NCBI GenBank assembly: GCA_951406725.2
Contig: OX597817.1
Location: forward strand, 69,936,001 to 70,000,000
Source: Octopus vulgaris
Lineage: Eukaryota
Direction: 5' to 3'
DNA length: 64,000 nt
The notes beneath the pieces are model-generated. The model searched no databases, was not told where the DNA came from, and saw nothing but the letters and a program-made list of their open reading frames with translations. The position numbers and the translations under genes were made by a program. Positions 43,614 through 62,266 of this stretch are shown in pieces; the stretch's first letter is position 1, and every line of letters starts with the position of its first letter.

Positions 43614-43818
43614 CACACATACACACACATATATATATAAATACACATATACATACACACACATATATATATATAGATATATATATATGTATATGTATAT
43701 ATACATATGTATATATATTTATATATAAGTATATATATATTTACACACATATATATATATACATATATATATACATATATATATATACATATATATATAT
43801 ACATATATATATACACAC

Positions 43819-43849
<31 letters not shown>

Positions 43850-43970
43850 CATATGTATACATATATATATATACATATATATATATTTACACACATATAT
43901 ATGCAAATATATGTGTATATATATATACATATATATATATACATATATATACATATATATATACATATGT

Positions 43971-44021
<51 letters not shown>

Positions 44022-44037
44022 TATATGTATATATGTT

Positions 44038-44074
<37 letters not shown>

Positions 44075-44108
44075 GGTATTCAGATTTGTGAGTACCTTAT
44101 TTCTTCTA

Positions 44109-44160
<52 letters not shown>
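43570..44160. repeat. Compound (TA)n/(TACA)n microsatellite
   Basis: Directly visible. Confidence 0.92.
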
Positions 44161-44164
<4 letters not shown>

Positions 44165-44499
44165 GAAATATGTTACGAAAAGAAAATATGAAATACACGT
44201 GGAAATGTAAGGGTAAAATATAAAAAAATCAACGAAAATGCATATTGCAAATAGAAAAAGGCTATTTGTGACAGGTAACGACAAATATATACATTTAGAT
44301 TGACTGAGGTAGTAGTACGAGTCATAAAAGTCATTATTATGAGATGATTATAAGATGATAATAAAGTAAGAGGACAAAACGAACCAATGGTTTACGCAAA
44401 CCTATTCATCGTTTGAATAACACCGGTTAATAGACGGTGTCAGGTCTAATAGTTCCTGAGAAAAAAGATTATTTGTAAGGGAGGTAAGTATCGACATAT

Positions 44500-44586
<87 letters not shown>

Positions 44587-44639
44587 TATATGTGTGTGTG
44601 TGTGTGCATGTGCATATATTTATAGATATCATATGTGAT

Positions 44640-45165
44640 GATAGGAATGGGATTTGCCCACTCTATAGGAGCAAATCATGGAACACTATTGAAAGGACTA
44701 AGAAGAAAATAGGAAAGCCAACTCTTGGTACGATAGCCACAAATACCAGAGTGTCATGTTCGTCGACACCACCCCTAGAGGCCAACTGGCGTACCGCTTT
44801 AGAAGGGCCCTAGACAAGTTTAAGCTAAGGATTAAGGTTGTTGAAAGGCCAGGCAACCCTATCAAATCCCTAATCGGTAGAACCTACCGTTTTGGTAGAA
44901 CCCCCTGTACGGATAGTAACTGTACTGTGGGTTGATTTAGCCTACAGACAAACTGTAAAGCCAGAAATGTAGTCTATAGTATAAGATGTACAGAGGGACG
45001 ATGCATAGGAGAGCGGGTAAATGAGCATTGGAGAGAACTTAAGGAAGAAAAGAGCTCATCGGTTCTGTAGCAGCACGCCGAGCAGAAACACGGGGGCTTA
45101 CTCAACAACATTGAAGTTAAAATCTTGTCCACACATAGAAGAGATGTAACAATTAGACAAATTGC
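44640..45165 (+). pseudogene. Third PLE lineage: linker and GIY-YIG fragment
   Basis: PLYRSKSW..ER, VMFVDTTPRGQLA, IKVVERPG, PCTDSNC, NCKARNVVYSIRC, GERVNEH..SSVL*QHAEQKH..VKIL..TIRQIA. Confidence 0.75.
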
Positions 45166-45611
45166 TCACACGTGACCATCGTCCATCTTTTCTTTCTGCA
45201 CCGGCCTTCTAAGGACTTGATGTCTCCTATCACTCTCTTGTACCATTTCTCTTTTCAAAGAAAATATTTCTCTAAGTGTTCACTATGTTCCCCACGTTCA
45301 GGTCTAACGGTCCTCCATATTTGTTTCCGTTTGGTTTCCCTGTATGTCTCCACTGTCCTGCTTTGTTCCTAACTTTAAACCTTTTATTTTGGTATTTATG
45401 GGAGGAACTGCCATCGAAGACTCTTATTGTCGTTGATTGCTCGAAATGGGAAGTAGATAGCCAGCCGATAACTGATAAAGGGTCGTTCTTTGTATTTTTT
45501 GTATTATTTGTCTTGTTTTCCATTTGTCTCTCATTATTTGCGTATTTTATATTGTTTACTGTTGGTGACGTCCTCTATCCATATATGCACACACACACGC
45601 ACGCACACACA

Positions 45612-45676
<65 letters not shown>

Positions 45677-46616
45677 AAAATGTATAGCAGTCCGATAGTC
45701 TTGATGTGTATATTAAGCATCGTATATTTGTACCCCAGCTTTTATAACCATACTTTCGTGTTGAAAGAGGCAAGATTTTAAATTTTAATGCTGAAGAATG
45801 ATGCTATGAAAGATTAACCATAAATTTTGACAACAAAGAAAACTGTTAGTCGTTATCGCATTTTTCTTGAGTTACATGTGAACAAAATTTTTGAAGTATT
45901 TTTTCTGCATCAAGAAGTCGACCTTCCAATATTGACTCACTCATTTTTGTTTGTTATTAAATCATAGTATTCATCATGTTCTTCACGGACTAGTTTGGAA
46001 AATTTCATAACTTATGCAATAATTGAGTTTAGCATTCCTTAAATAACATTGGCTGAGCCCAGTGCTTCAAGCAAATTTACAAACAGTTTGCAAGAGAAAA
46101 AGCGCTGAAGCATCTTTCCAAGGCAAACATTGAAATTTAAATTGTTTACTGAAAATTCTTGCAGTTCTTTGGGGGAAAAACTTTGGCTAAATTATTCAGA
46201 TGAAATATTTTTTTTTACACTGGAACCAAAATAACTATCAACTAAGATATATTAAAGAACCATAAACTATAATTCTATTTCCATCGTTAGGTTTCTAATG
46301 ATGAAACTTCTGAGAATTCTTTTATCAGCTCTGTTACTATTCCTGCTTGAACTTCTAAATGAAGTTTAATTAGCTAAATGTAAACTAAAAAAGCAAAAAG
46401 TATTTTTGTAACGAATTTTTGTAATGCCAGCAAAATTGCTGGAGCCATTGGAATACAATCAAACCTCGATTAACCGAATATCAATTATCCTAATCTCAGA
46501 TTATTCTGATAAGGTCCCAGAGTCCCGGGCACTTTACAAACGATACTGTTTAATCGTAATCCTAGATTATTACTAGTTCCACCATTTCTTATTTATTGTA
46601 ATTAAAATTGAATTTA

Positions 46617-47215
46617 GTGGTTGTGTGGTAAGAAGATTGCTTCCCAATCACATGGTTGCGGGTTCAGTCTCACTGTGTGACGCCTTGGGTAAGTATCTTC
46701 CACTATATCCAAGATCCAACCAAAGTCTTATGAGTGGATTTGGTAGGCGGAAACAGAAAGAAGCCGGTCGTATACATATATATATATATATATATATGAT
46801 TTATACAGGTAAGGATAAGATCGTTAATTTACATATCGATCTTATCAATTGGCTAGCATGGGACTAAAAACCTTCAAAGGTAATAATAATTATTAAAATT
46901 ATAACTTAGGGTACCTAAGAGATACCGCTATGCTGGAAATAACAGTCAGTCAAAACCTGACTCTAAAACCACATTAAATGTTCATACAGCAGCAGGAGAG
47001 AAGACTAAAAGACAAAATAAACTAGCAAAAAATTACTGGAAGTTGGTGTGACTACGCCCCATAACTTAGCGGTTCGGCAAAACGAGAACGAGAGAATAAG
47101 TACTAGGCTTAAAAATGTCCAAGGTTCGATTAGTTCGACTAAAACCTTTCAAGGTGGTGCCCCAGCATGGCCGCAGTGAAATGACTGAAACAAGTAGAAG
47201 ATGAAGAGATAAAAA
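46617..47215 (+). mobile_element. Family-1 SINE halves (46617-46770 and about 47045-47215) separated by a copy of the 731-985 repeat (46808-46975)
   Basis: Head and tail match 58967-59382; the insert follows the SINE's internal (TA)n. Confidence 0.75.
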
Positions 47216-47728
47216 TAAAACATTACAACAAAATGTTGTAAAAGAAAGTGATGCGACGATTGTGTCCCTTGTTTACGTTTAACGAATGTAGCACCCGCCA
47301 ATCGGCCCCGCTCGCTTCGATCTCAATCAATTGCTTTAAAAATTTTGGCTTGTATTGTAAAAATGATCGACATGACGAAGGATTTAAAAACACCACGAAA
47401 CCAGATGTATTTTTATGTAACTTACAACTTTGTTCCGTGTATATATCAATAGCAAATAACTGAGTTTGTTGTTGGTTCGTCTGTGAAGAAAGGATGGACA
47501 TCAATAACAATCAAATACATAAGCGAGATTTTTTTTCTGCGTATAGATCTTCGTGGTGAAAAGGCATCAAATACTGTAGTAGAATAGAAGAGAACAACAT
47601 TGTAAAACACAAAGATCTCTATAAACATACATTTTCATAATTATCTTCTATCTGATTTCCTTTGTCTACAATCTCTTACTCGAACAAAATGCACCATACC
47701 AGTCAGGTTCAAATAAGAGAGATCTAAC

Positions 47729-48300
47729 CTAAGTCGACACATATAAAGAACAGCAAAAAACGGAAGCTACGTAAGCGTTCTCCACTTCTGTACGACCTTT
47801 CAGGGATGGCTTTACTTTCAGCCTATTTCTATCCGCCAAACTCGTTACCTCATTCGCATTTAGTTTCGTTTTCCTTGTTCGGGTTTTCTTTGTTAATGAT
47901 GTCGTTGTTGTAGGTGATGGGGTCGTGGTGTTGTTATTGTTGTTGTTGGTGGTGGTTTTGGTGTGTTTACTGTTGTTGTTGTTGTTGTTAAGCAACAAGA
48001 CGGGTAAGGGTGATTAGGTGATGGTCTAGGGCTTAGGGGCGGGAGATCCCAGACCTTGGGACAAAAAAAACTTTGGTTGTCTTGTTGTTGTGGTCGAGGG
48101 CTCTTCGTTGACGCCTGACACCACTGGGCCGTGGCCCTCGAAGTCGCTGGAAAAGGAGATCTCCAGGTCCAAATTCTTGAACTGCTGCTGTTGCTGCTGA
48201 CAGTGCTGGGGGTGGAGGTGAAAGTGTTCTCGTTAGTGTTGTTGCTGCTTTTTGGTGTCAATGATCTCTTTTGCTGAGGGTGCGCTGGAAGTTACTTTCA
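47729..48300 (-). other. Unassigned GC-richer, coding-like low-complexity island (T/S/N/Q/P-rich in all minus frames)
   Basis: CAG/CAA/ACA triplet runs and overlapping short ORFs (47893-48261, 47729-47998); no recognisable domain. Confidence 0.3.
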
Positions 48301-48344
48301 TACATTTTACGTGCTCTCCCACTCTCTGTCTCTGTCTCTCTGTC

Positions 48345-48386
<42 letters not shown>

Positions 48387-48387
48387 A

Positions 48388-48434
<47 letters not shown>

Positions 48435-48580
48435 ATAAATATAAGAGAGTGGTCACTATATTGATCACTCTAGCACCAGTTAATCCAAAAGGTTTCAACC
48501 ACGAAAATACATGTTTCCCATGAAAGCCAGTACGACTGTTAGCTCACACGGACAGGGCAAATAAAAAATAACAAAAATAC

Positions 48581-48672
48581 AGATTATTTTGGGACAATTG
48601 TTTCGCTATTAATGAATTAAATGTAATATTACTTACAATAATCCATTTGTAGCTCGTCAGCCAAGACTATCT
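48581..48672 (-). ncRNA. Canonical type I hammerhead ribozyme in an about 400-bp cassette (48440-48840) between (TA)n tracts
   Basis: uugg-CUGACGA-gcua(AU-rich insert)uagc-GAAAC-AAUU-GUC-ccaa; stem I extends via agau/aucu. Confidence 0.85.
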
Positions 48673-48840
48673 GGATGAAATCCACTCAATCACACGCCAG
48701 ATTTTACCATAACGATAAATACGCGTGTGGTTCAATTGATTACATCCGACGTTATAATTCAAATGCCCCAACCAACAGCGCGCCAAACTCTCACGGAAAA
48801 CAAATACAGCATTTAGAAATAAATGCAGCATAATTATAAT

Positions 48841-49905
<1,065 letters not shown>

Positions 49906-49917
49906 TGAGGAGGGTGC

Positions 49918-51075
49918 TTGTCGATTATATCGGCCTCAACGCTTGACTGGTATTTTTGCAGTGGACTTGAAAGGATGAAAGGCAAACCCAACCTCCGCAG
50001 AATTTGAACGCCAAGCGTAAAGATAAATGAAATGTATTAAGCATTTTGTCCAGCGTGCAAATAGTTCCGCCAGCTGGCAGCCATAGGTGATAATGATTTT
50101 AATTTTTTTGCCACAAGGGCAGCTTGAGGAAGGGGATTAAGTCGATTACATCGACCCCAGCGCGTAACTGGTAATTATTTAATCGGCCCCGAAAGGAGGA
50201 AAAGTAAAGTCGACATCGGCGTAATTTGAACTCAGAACGTAGCGGCAGACGAAATATGGCTAAGCATTTCGCCCGGCGTGCTAACGATTCTGCCAGCGCG
50301 CCTTACCGCCTTTCTACAATAGACACAAGGTTTGAAATTTTCAAGGATGGGACTAGTCGATTACATCGAACCAGTGTTTCACTGGTACTTAATTTATCGA
50401 TCCCGAAAAGATGAAAGGCAAAGTCGACCTCGACGGAATTTGAACTCAGAACGTAGCGACGGGCGAAATACTGCAAAGCATTTCGTACAGCGTGTTAACG
50501 ATTCTGCCAGCTCGCCGCCTTGCCGCTTTATTATAATATTGATAATAATAATGGTTTCAAATTTTGGAACAAAGCCATCAATTCTGGTGGAAGGAGTGAG
50601 TCAGTTACATTGACCACAGTGCTTAGCTGGTACTTGTTTTATCGACCCTGAAAGGATTAAAGGCGGAATTTGAACTCAGAACGTAAAGACCGACAAAATG
50701 CCGCTAAGCAGTATATTCGGCGTGTTAACGATTCTCCCATCGCGTTACCTTATTTTCAAAAGTGCCCAGCAAGCATCTGCAAAGAAACGAACCATGTACC
50801 ACTCAAATTTCGGCTGAGTGCTCAGTACTATGAAGCTAAGAGATCCTTGACAATAATAATAATAATAATAATAATAATGGCTTTAAAATTTGCCGCAAGG
50901 GCAGCAATTTTGGGGGAGGGGATTAGGCGATTGCATCGACCCCAGTGGTACTTATTCTATTGAACCCGAAAGGATGAAAGCCAAAGTTGACCTCGGGGAA
51001 ATTTGAACTTAGAACGTAACAACGGGCCAAATACCTCCCGCCCGGTGTGCCAACGATTCTGCTAGCTTGCCGTCT
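49918..51075 (-). mobile_element. Tandem run of about five family-2 SINE copies (minus)
   Basis: Repeated gtcgattacatcgaccccag..cccgaaaggatgaaaggcaaagtcgacctcg..ggaatttgaactcagaacgta..ctgccagctcgccgcctt. Confidence 0.88.
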
Positions 51076-51213
51076 AAATAATAATAATAACAATCATGTC
51101 TGATTCACGCACTCATATACTCACACGCACTAACAACAGAAAACAGAGAGAGAGAGAGAGCACACACACAAATAAACAAATACATAAACTGCGACATCCA
51201 GCTACGTGAACGT

Positions 51214-52045
51214 AAGGCGGCGAGCTGGCAAGGCGGCGAGCTGGCAGAAACGTTAGCACGCCGGGCGAAATGCTTAGCGGTATTTCGTCTGCGTTACGTT
51301 CTGAGTTGAAATTCCGCCGAGGTCGACTTTGCCTTTCATCCTTTCGGGGTCGATAAATTAAGTACCAGTTACGCACTGGGGTCGATGTAATCGACTTAAT
51401 ACCTATGTCTGTCCTTGTTTGTCCCCTCTGTGTTTAGCCCCTTGTGGGTAATAAAGAAATAGGTAAATTTTGCAAATTAATAAAACAAAACAAATAAAAT
51501 ATAATAAAAACAGATAATAGATTTGATGTTGTTTATAATCTCAAGAACAAAGTTATTATATAAGTAAGAGATAAATCAATAGAACAATGATCTCACCGAT
51601 GCATTCAATCTTCGCTTTTGTATTTTTATTATTGATACAGAAAGATGCGGCGAGCTGGCAGAATCGTTAGCACGCCGGGCGAAATGCTTCATGGTATTGC
51701 GTCCGCCGATGTGTTCTGGGTTCAAATTCCGCCGAGGTCGACTTTGCCTTTCATCCTTTCGGGGTCGATTAAATAAGTACCAGTTACGCACTTGGGTCGA
51801 TGTAATCGACTTAATCCGTTTGTCTGCCCTTGTTTGTCCTCTCTGTGTTTAGCCCCTTTTGGGTAGTAAAAAAATAGGTATTTCGTCTGTCGTTACGTTC
51901 TGAGTTCAAATTCCGCCGAGGTCGACTTTGCCTTTCATCCTTTCGGGGTCGATAAATTAAGTACAAGTCAAGTACTGGGGTCAATATAATCGACTATCTC
52001 CTATCACGAACTCCAGGATTTGTGTTTATTGCAGCAAGGATTATT
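51214..52045 (+). mobile_element. Run of three family-2 SINE copies (plus): 51214-51463, 51642-51880, 51879-52045
   Basis: Well-conserved copies; the first has a duplicated 16-nt 5' end. Confidence 0.9.
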
Positions 52046-52161
52046 TATACAGTAACAGCTGGTATTCTTATGAGCAACAAGTTGTACATCGTCAGTGCAC
52101 ATTGCTAATACCCTGCTGACGTAGAGATATATAAGTGTCGATGTACATATATGTATGTATA

Positions 52162-52273
<112 letters not shown>

Positions 52274-52286
52274 GATAGATTATATA

Positions 52287-52392
52287 TTCTTGTACTCCTT
52301 TACTTCTTTCAGTCATTTGGAGCACCGCCTTTAGTCGAGCAAATAGACCCCAGGGCTTATTCTTTGTAAGCCTAGTACTTATTCTATCGGTC
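52287..52392 (-). mobile_element. Family-1 SINE 3' fragment
   Basis: ggagcaccgcctttagtcgagcaaat..tacttattctatcggtc. Confidence 0.8.
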
Positions 52393-53659
52393 GAGTTACA
52401 GTCAAGGCACTCCAAATTTAATCCGCCAGGTGGGAGATTGTACAGTTGTCGTTTCTATGTAGTCCAGTGATTAAAGCTTAGGTTATAGATTCCTCATGTT
52501 AAGTAGCAGAATGAATTTTGTGTGCGAATAGTTATTTGTGTATGCACTCTGTTAAAGTTTGTTAAGTCTTGGTTTGTACTTTTGTATCAAGGTATTTTCT
52601 TTGTTTATCTGTGGAGTAAATTTTGCACAGCCACGAGTAGTATTAAGACTAAACTGGTTTTAAATTTTGGCACAATTTCGACGAAGGGGTAAGTCAATTA
52701 CATCGTCCCTAGTACGCAGCTGGTACTTATTTTACCGAAATCCAGATGATGAAAAGGCAAAGTCGACCGCGTTGGTATGGGACCTCAAAACATTAAAAAA
52801 AACCGGCGAAATGCTCAGCGCGCTAATGACTCTGCCAGGTCACCTTTTAAAACCTGTAAGTCTAAATTAAAATGTGTATGCTAGTATTTGTGAAGTAGAT
52901 TTGTTCAACTAAAGGCGGTGCACCAGCTTGGCCGCAGTCAAATGACTGAAACAAATATATATACATACGATATGAAGGCAATACCTACAATGGTGCACCA
53001 CATTCGAATCGTTTCTATAAATCTAGTCTTTTGGGGGGTTTGGGTTTCGCAGAAGTCCCTATGATCTTAGATCAACTAAAAAAAAATCCATCACACAAAA
53101 CTTCGTACGAATGATATTTCTCAGAATTTGTGCTGAAGGGTTACTTATTACAATGAAATTGAATTTCACAGACTCAACACTAACTTAGGTCCTTTCTTCT
53201 CTCCAAGTCATCCAAACCTTATGGAACCAATTTATCAATTTATCGACATCATTACATAAATAGTATTTTATTTTATCCTTACATAATTGATATAAAGAGA
53301 AAAGTCAGCCTCGATAGGTCTTGAAATCAAATCATAAAAAATCGAGGAAGGCATTTTTGTGGAGTGGGGGTTCGGGGTTCGATATTCTATTGATTTTGTC
53401 ATTTTCTGTCTTTCTGGATATGATAATTATAATTTCTGACATTAGCTCTCTAAGTCACATGTTTCCTTGGCAGCATAGTTTATTAAATTCACCTCTATAC
53501 GTCACTGATCATTATCTTTGTGAAATTCACAAAAATGAAAGGCTGGTAGTCTTTGAACACTGAAATTTGTAAACTAGTGCGGAAACAAGACGTTATTGTT
53601 CTTCTTATCATCATCAGCATCATCCCCATCATCATCATCACCATCATCATTATCACAGT

Positions 53660-54670
53660 AGTGCATCCTAATTTAGTTAACTGCTATTTTATCTTGAAGT
53701 TTGGTGACAATAAGTCTGCTCAAATCTCAAGAATCTTCCTTAAGATTATTGTAAAATATAGGATGATACTTTTCTGCAGGTCAACAATACGAGTTCCAAT
53801 TCCAATTTCTTTCACTCTTTTAGGTAGTATTTTGGGCGTTGTGCCAAGTGAACCAACTACAACGGGAATCATTGTTGTCTTGGTCTTCTACAGCCTCATC
53901 AGCTCTCCTGATATTTCTCAATTTTTTCAAAAGGTTTTTGCTATCATAGGAAATTAAGGCAGCGATCTTAGCATGCCGGGTAAAATGCTTAGCGGTATTT
54001 CGTCCGTCTTTACGTACTGTGTTCAAATTCCGCCGAAGTCGACTTTGCTTTTCATCCTTTCGGGGTCGATAAAATATGTACCAGTTGAACACTGAAGTCG
54101 ATGTAGTTGAAGAGTTCCCTTTCCCAATGTTTCAGACCTTGTGCTTTTAGCTGAAATGATCATAGGGAATTGCAAAATATTTTATCTTAGCGTTTGTTTA
54201 TTTTGTCCTCTTTGAGCATATCTGGTCTCCTTGTTTCAATATTATGGCCAGTCTTTATGGTTAGATCCAACAATACCTTGTAATTCTCATCTTCAACCAC
54301 AGCCTCTGGTTTGTGTTTATACCACCTTTCTGTTGTTTTGAGGTCACACACTCACCTAACAACTTAATGCATTCTTTTACCTACGCAGTCAAGTCTGTGT
54401 TTATACTCTTTTCGTGCTAGATTACTACACTCAATTAAAAGGTGATTGATGCTTTCGTCTCCATTCCTACAGTTTCTACATTTGCTGTCTGACTGAGATT
54501 TATCGATCTTTGTCTTCATCAAGTTTCTTCTCAGGGCTTGTTCTTGAGCAGCTATGGCTGGCATTTCTGTGCCTCGGTTGAAGTTCCCGCCCGTCAGCCG
54601 GAGCCAGCGATCTTTATTTCGAACATTCTTGCTTTGCTGCATGAACTGATCAAACTTCTCTGTTTGGTAT
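53660..54670 (-). mobile_element. R4/Dong-type non-LTR element 3' fragment (CCHC knuckle and restriction-like endonuclease), interrupted by a family-2 SINE at about 53957-54160
   Basis: AAQEQALRRN..KIDKSQSDSKCRNC..DESINHLLIECSNLARKEYKHRLD; KIEKYQ..IPVVVGSLGTTPK..LQKSIIL..ILRKILEI*. Confidence 0.85.
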
Positions 54671-54674
54671 TTGA

Positions 54675-54869
54675 TTAGCGGTATTTCGTCCGCCTTTACG
54701 TTCTGAGTTCAAATTCCGCTGAGGTCGACTTTGCCTTCCATTCTTTCGGGTCGATAAATTAAGTACCAGTGAAACACTGGGATCTATGTAATCGACTAGT
54801 CCCCTCTCCATAACATTTCAGGCTTTATGCCTTTAGTAGAAAGGATTATCTTCATTATTAATTTTATTA

Positions 54870-54916
<47 letters not shown>

Positions 54917-55117
54917 GTTGTTGTTTTTGTTGTTGTTGTTGCTGTTGTTGTTGTTGTTTTTGTTGTTTTTGTTGTTGTTGTTGTTGTTGTTATGAAGGCC
55001 ATGAGCTGACAGAGTCATTTGCACGTCGGGCAAAATGTTTAGCGGCATTTCGTCCGTCCTTATGTTCTAAATTCAATTGCCACCGAAATTTCAGGCCTTG
55101 TGCCTTTAGATGAATGA

Positions 55118-55120
<3 letters not shown>
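54675..55120 (+). mobile_element. Two further family-2 SINE copies separated by (TTA)n/(TTG)n
   Basis: 54675-54850 and 54995-55120 match the family-2 core and head. Confidence 0.8.
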
Positions 55121-55177
<57 letters not shown>

Positions 55178-56021
55178 GTTGTTGTTGTTCTTGTTGTTGT
55201 TTGATACTGAGTTACCAAAACAACTTTGTTGACTATTCTTGCTAGCTAAGAGAGCTTGAATGCTTTACTATTATCAATCTGGATAAAAATAAATAAATAA
55301 AACTTTTTTCTGTGGGATTAAACAAAGAGTGACATCCTAGTAAGTCTGGTCATTATTTTTGTCAAAATAAGTAAGGTGGATCTTCTAATATTTATCTTCG
55401 GATATTTGGAAATAATGGTGTCTACAGCAACAATAAACGATACACCTCGTAGACTGTAAACGAAAATTATTGTTTCTTTGTCACAAGACGCACACGAAAA
55501 CAAATATTAACGTAATGAAATAGAAAAAAAATGTGATTTTATTGGCAATGATAGAAACATAAATATACAACTTTCATGACACACGCTATCAAGACAGAAT
55601 TTTCTTGCTTGTCTTTGTTTTCAGCCGTCCATACGAACACTACACACACGTACATACATACAGATATATACATATACATAAATATATATACATACATATA
55701 CATATAGATATATACATATACATATATATACATACATAAACATATATATATATACATATACATATATATATAAACACATATACATATATATATATATATA
55801 TACATACTTACACATATATACATACATATATATATATGTGTGTGTATATATATATATGTATATATACATACATACATGCACATATATACATAGACACATA
55901 CAACAATATAAGGAATGGCCATAAAAGACATTCGACTCACTAGAAAGAGCAGCCAAACTCAAACCGCCAAATAGTTGTAATTCTGAAACAGAAAGAGAAA
56001 TAAAAACGTTTACCCCCTTCA

Positions 56022-56116
56022 TCTCTGGACTATGCATAGTTTCGGCAAACTTAGGTAAATAAATTAATTAAATTAAATTAAATTCATTTACATCTGGCGT
56101 GCCTCCTCAGCAGAGA
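56022..56116 (-). ncRNA. Canonical type I hammerhead ribozyme in an about 395-bp cassette (55905-56300) between microsatellites
   Basis: ucucug-CUGAGGA-ggca(AU-rich hairpin insert)ugcc-GAAA-CUAUGCAUA-GUC-cagaga. Stem III region is the perfect palindrome ACUAUGCAUAGU. Confidence 0.9.
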
Positions 56117-56298
56117 GCCTAGGACGAGTATATCTCCACGAGGCTATGGTAAAGAAGCCTCCAGTCCATATGCTCTAAATTTTCAAAATTCCACCGCAAT
56201 CGCGCGGTCTTCTCAGCAGCAAATATAAACTGCTGATTTAATTTCAAAATTAGCCAAAAAATCATTAATTAATAAATATAAGGGTAGCAAAAAATTTA

Positions 56299-58085
<1,787 letters not shown>

Positions 58086-58108
58086 TATATACACACACAC
58101 ACACACAA

Positions 58109-58160
<52 letters not shown>

Positions 58161-58162
<2 letters not shown>

Positions 58163-58285
58163 CCAGCCGAAATTGCAAAGATAATCTAGAACTCGACCGG
58201 GGAAAGAAAACTCCGAATGACCCGTCCTTGTTTTCTATGTATCGTCTATCTGGATGTTTTGCGCTCTTTTCCCATTTTGTATTAT
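58161..58285 (+). mobile_element. Short PLE-end-like fragment; diverged relative in reverse orientation at 59641-59797
   Basis: Shared cagccgaaattgc.aagat.atc, cgaatg.cccgtcc, tgtatc.tct and ccca.tttgtatt; both embedded in (TA)n. Confidence 0.55.
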
Positions 58286-58298
58286 ATATATATATAAT

Positions 58299-58460
58299 AG
58301 TGTACATTTAAACACAAGAGAAAACTGCCTTCAACAAGTTGAAGGAAGTTTTCTCTCGTGTTTAAATGTACACTGTGTTATATTGAGATTATACTGTCTA
58401 TTGCCTTTTTATACATGCTAGGCCACTGGTAGTGAAATTGCTAAAAAGAAAAATTAATAT
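58299..58460. repeat. 76-bp palindrome (58299-58374) with the right arm extended
   Basis: agtgtacatttaaacac.agag.aaact.ccttcaac-aa-gttgaagg.agttt.ctct.gtgtttaaatgtacact. Confidence 0.8.
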
Positions 58461-58475
58461 CCTATATACATATGT

Positions 58476-58534
<59 letters not shown>

Positions 58535-58740
58535 CTGTTGTGTCTGGGGAGAGTGAATTTCTTTTGGTGCCTTATAATTTAACCCACTCACCGGTAAAAT
58601 TTCCCCATTTCTTTTTTATTTTTCTAAAATTTTCGTTGTGTCTTGCAAATTTTTCAATAGTTTTGAGTCTCTCCAGGCACAACGGAATATCCTTCAACAC
58701 ACGAACTCATATAATGAATCTTGCAAACCAAATCCAAAGA

Positions 58741-59382
<642 letters not shown>

Positions 59383-59588
59383 GTATATATATTTGAAGGT
59401 CAGTTACCTCGCCCGTCTATAACTATAAGGTGGTGCTTTAACACCGGTAACATGAGTGTTATATACTTCGCTACGCCTCTGTGCGTGTGTTCCCGCGAAT
59501 ATATATATATATATTATATGTATATATCTATATATGTATGTGTGTGTGTATGTATGTATGTACGCATGTATGCATGTATGTATGTATG

Positions 59589-59629
<41 letters not shown>

Positions 59630-59796
59630 ATGTAAATGTAAAAAAATACAAACTGGGACAAGAACGTGAAACATTTAGAAGATGATACAAAAAACACGGA
59701 CGGGACATTCGAAGCCTTCAATCTTCAGTCAAGAACCGGATCATCTTCGCAATTTCGGCTGATTAATCTTGAGATTGCTCCGATCTGGCCAGCCCC

Positions 59797-61657
<1,861 letters not shown>

Positions 61658-62210
61658 CTGAAAAAGCAAGAAGCAAAGCAGAGGGCATCCAATGTGGTTC
61701 TCTAAAACAAGAGTAATAAGTAAGCCTGTCCGATATGTGAGGCGATGGACCGTGAACCAACGACCATGGCAGGGTAGACAGGTGTATCTGCTTGGTTTTC
61801 AAGATAGATAGCGAGGTGATGTGACAGACCGATTTGGACCACCATATACCTACCAGTAGACACAAAATGCAGTACACAGGTCGGTAAAATACAAAGGTTA
61901 CAGTGAGGAGCATAGGTAGTGCATAATAATGTTCAGTTTGTCGCTATACTTGTTGCGCAATAGGAGCAAGTGGTGAACTCAGGAGTGATTAAATATGATA
62001 TATGGTCGGTGGATGGGCTTTCTATGGTTACATAGGTTCTAATGATCACCGAAAAAATATAAGACCATTTTGGCAATGTACTTTGTTATGGTTATGGAAT
62101 GAAAAGCCATGAGGTTGGCAATTCAAGGCGGGAAACTCAACTGTTACATACATGTTAGTAAGACTCACTTAAGTGCTTTCTGTCTTGAGAAACTAGAAAG
62201 GTAAAGGATG

Positions 62211-62239
<29 letters not shown>

Positions 62240-62266
<27 letters not shown>

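Noticed and set aside
45700-46440. Possible Charlie/hAT transposase remnant (LGKMLQRFF) on the minus strand
   Set aside because: A single short motif, with the neighbouring motifs not in the expected order.
61680-62150. Possible LTR-retrotransposon integrase fragment
   Set aside because: No convincing DDE or HHCC motifs in any frame.
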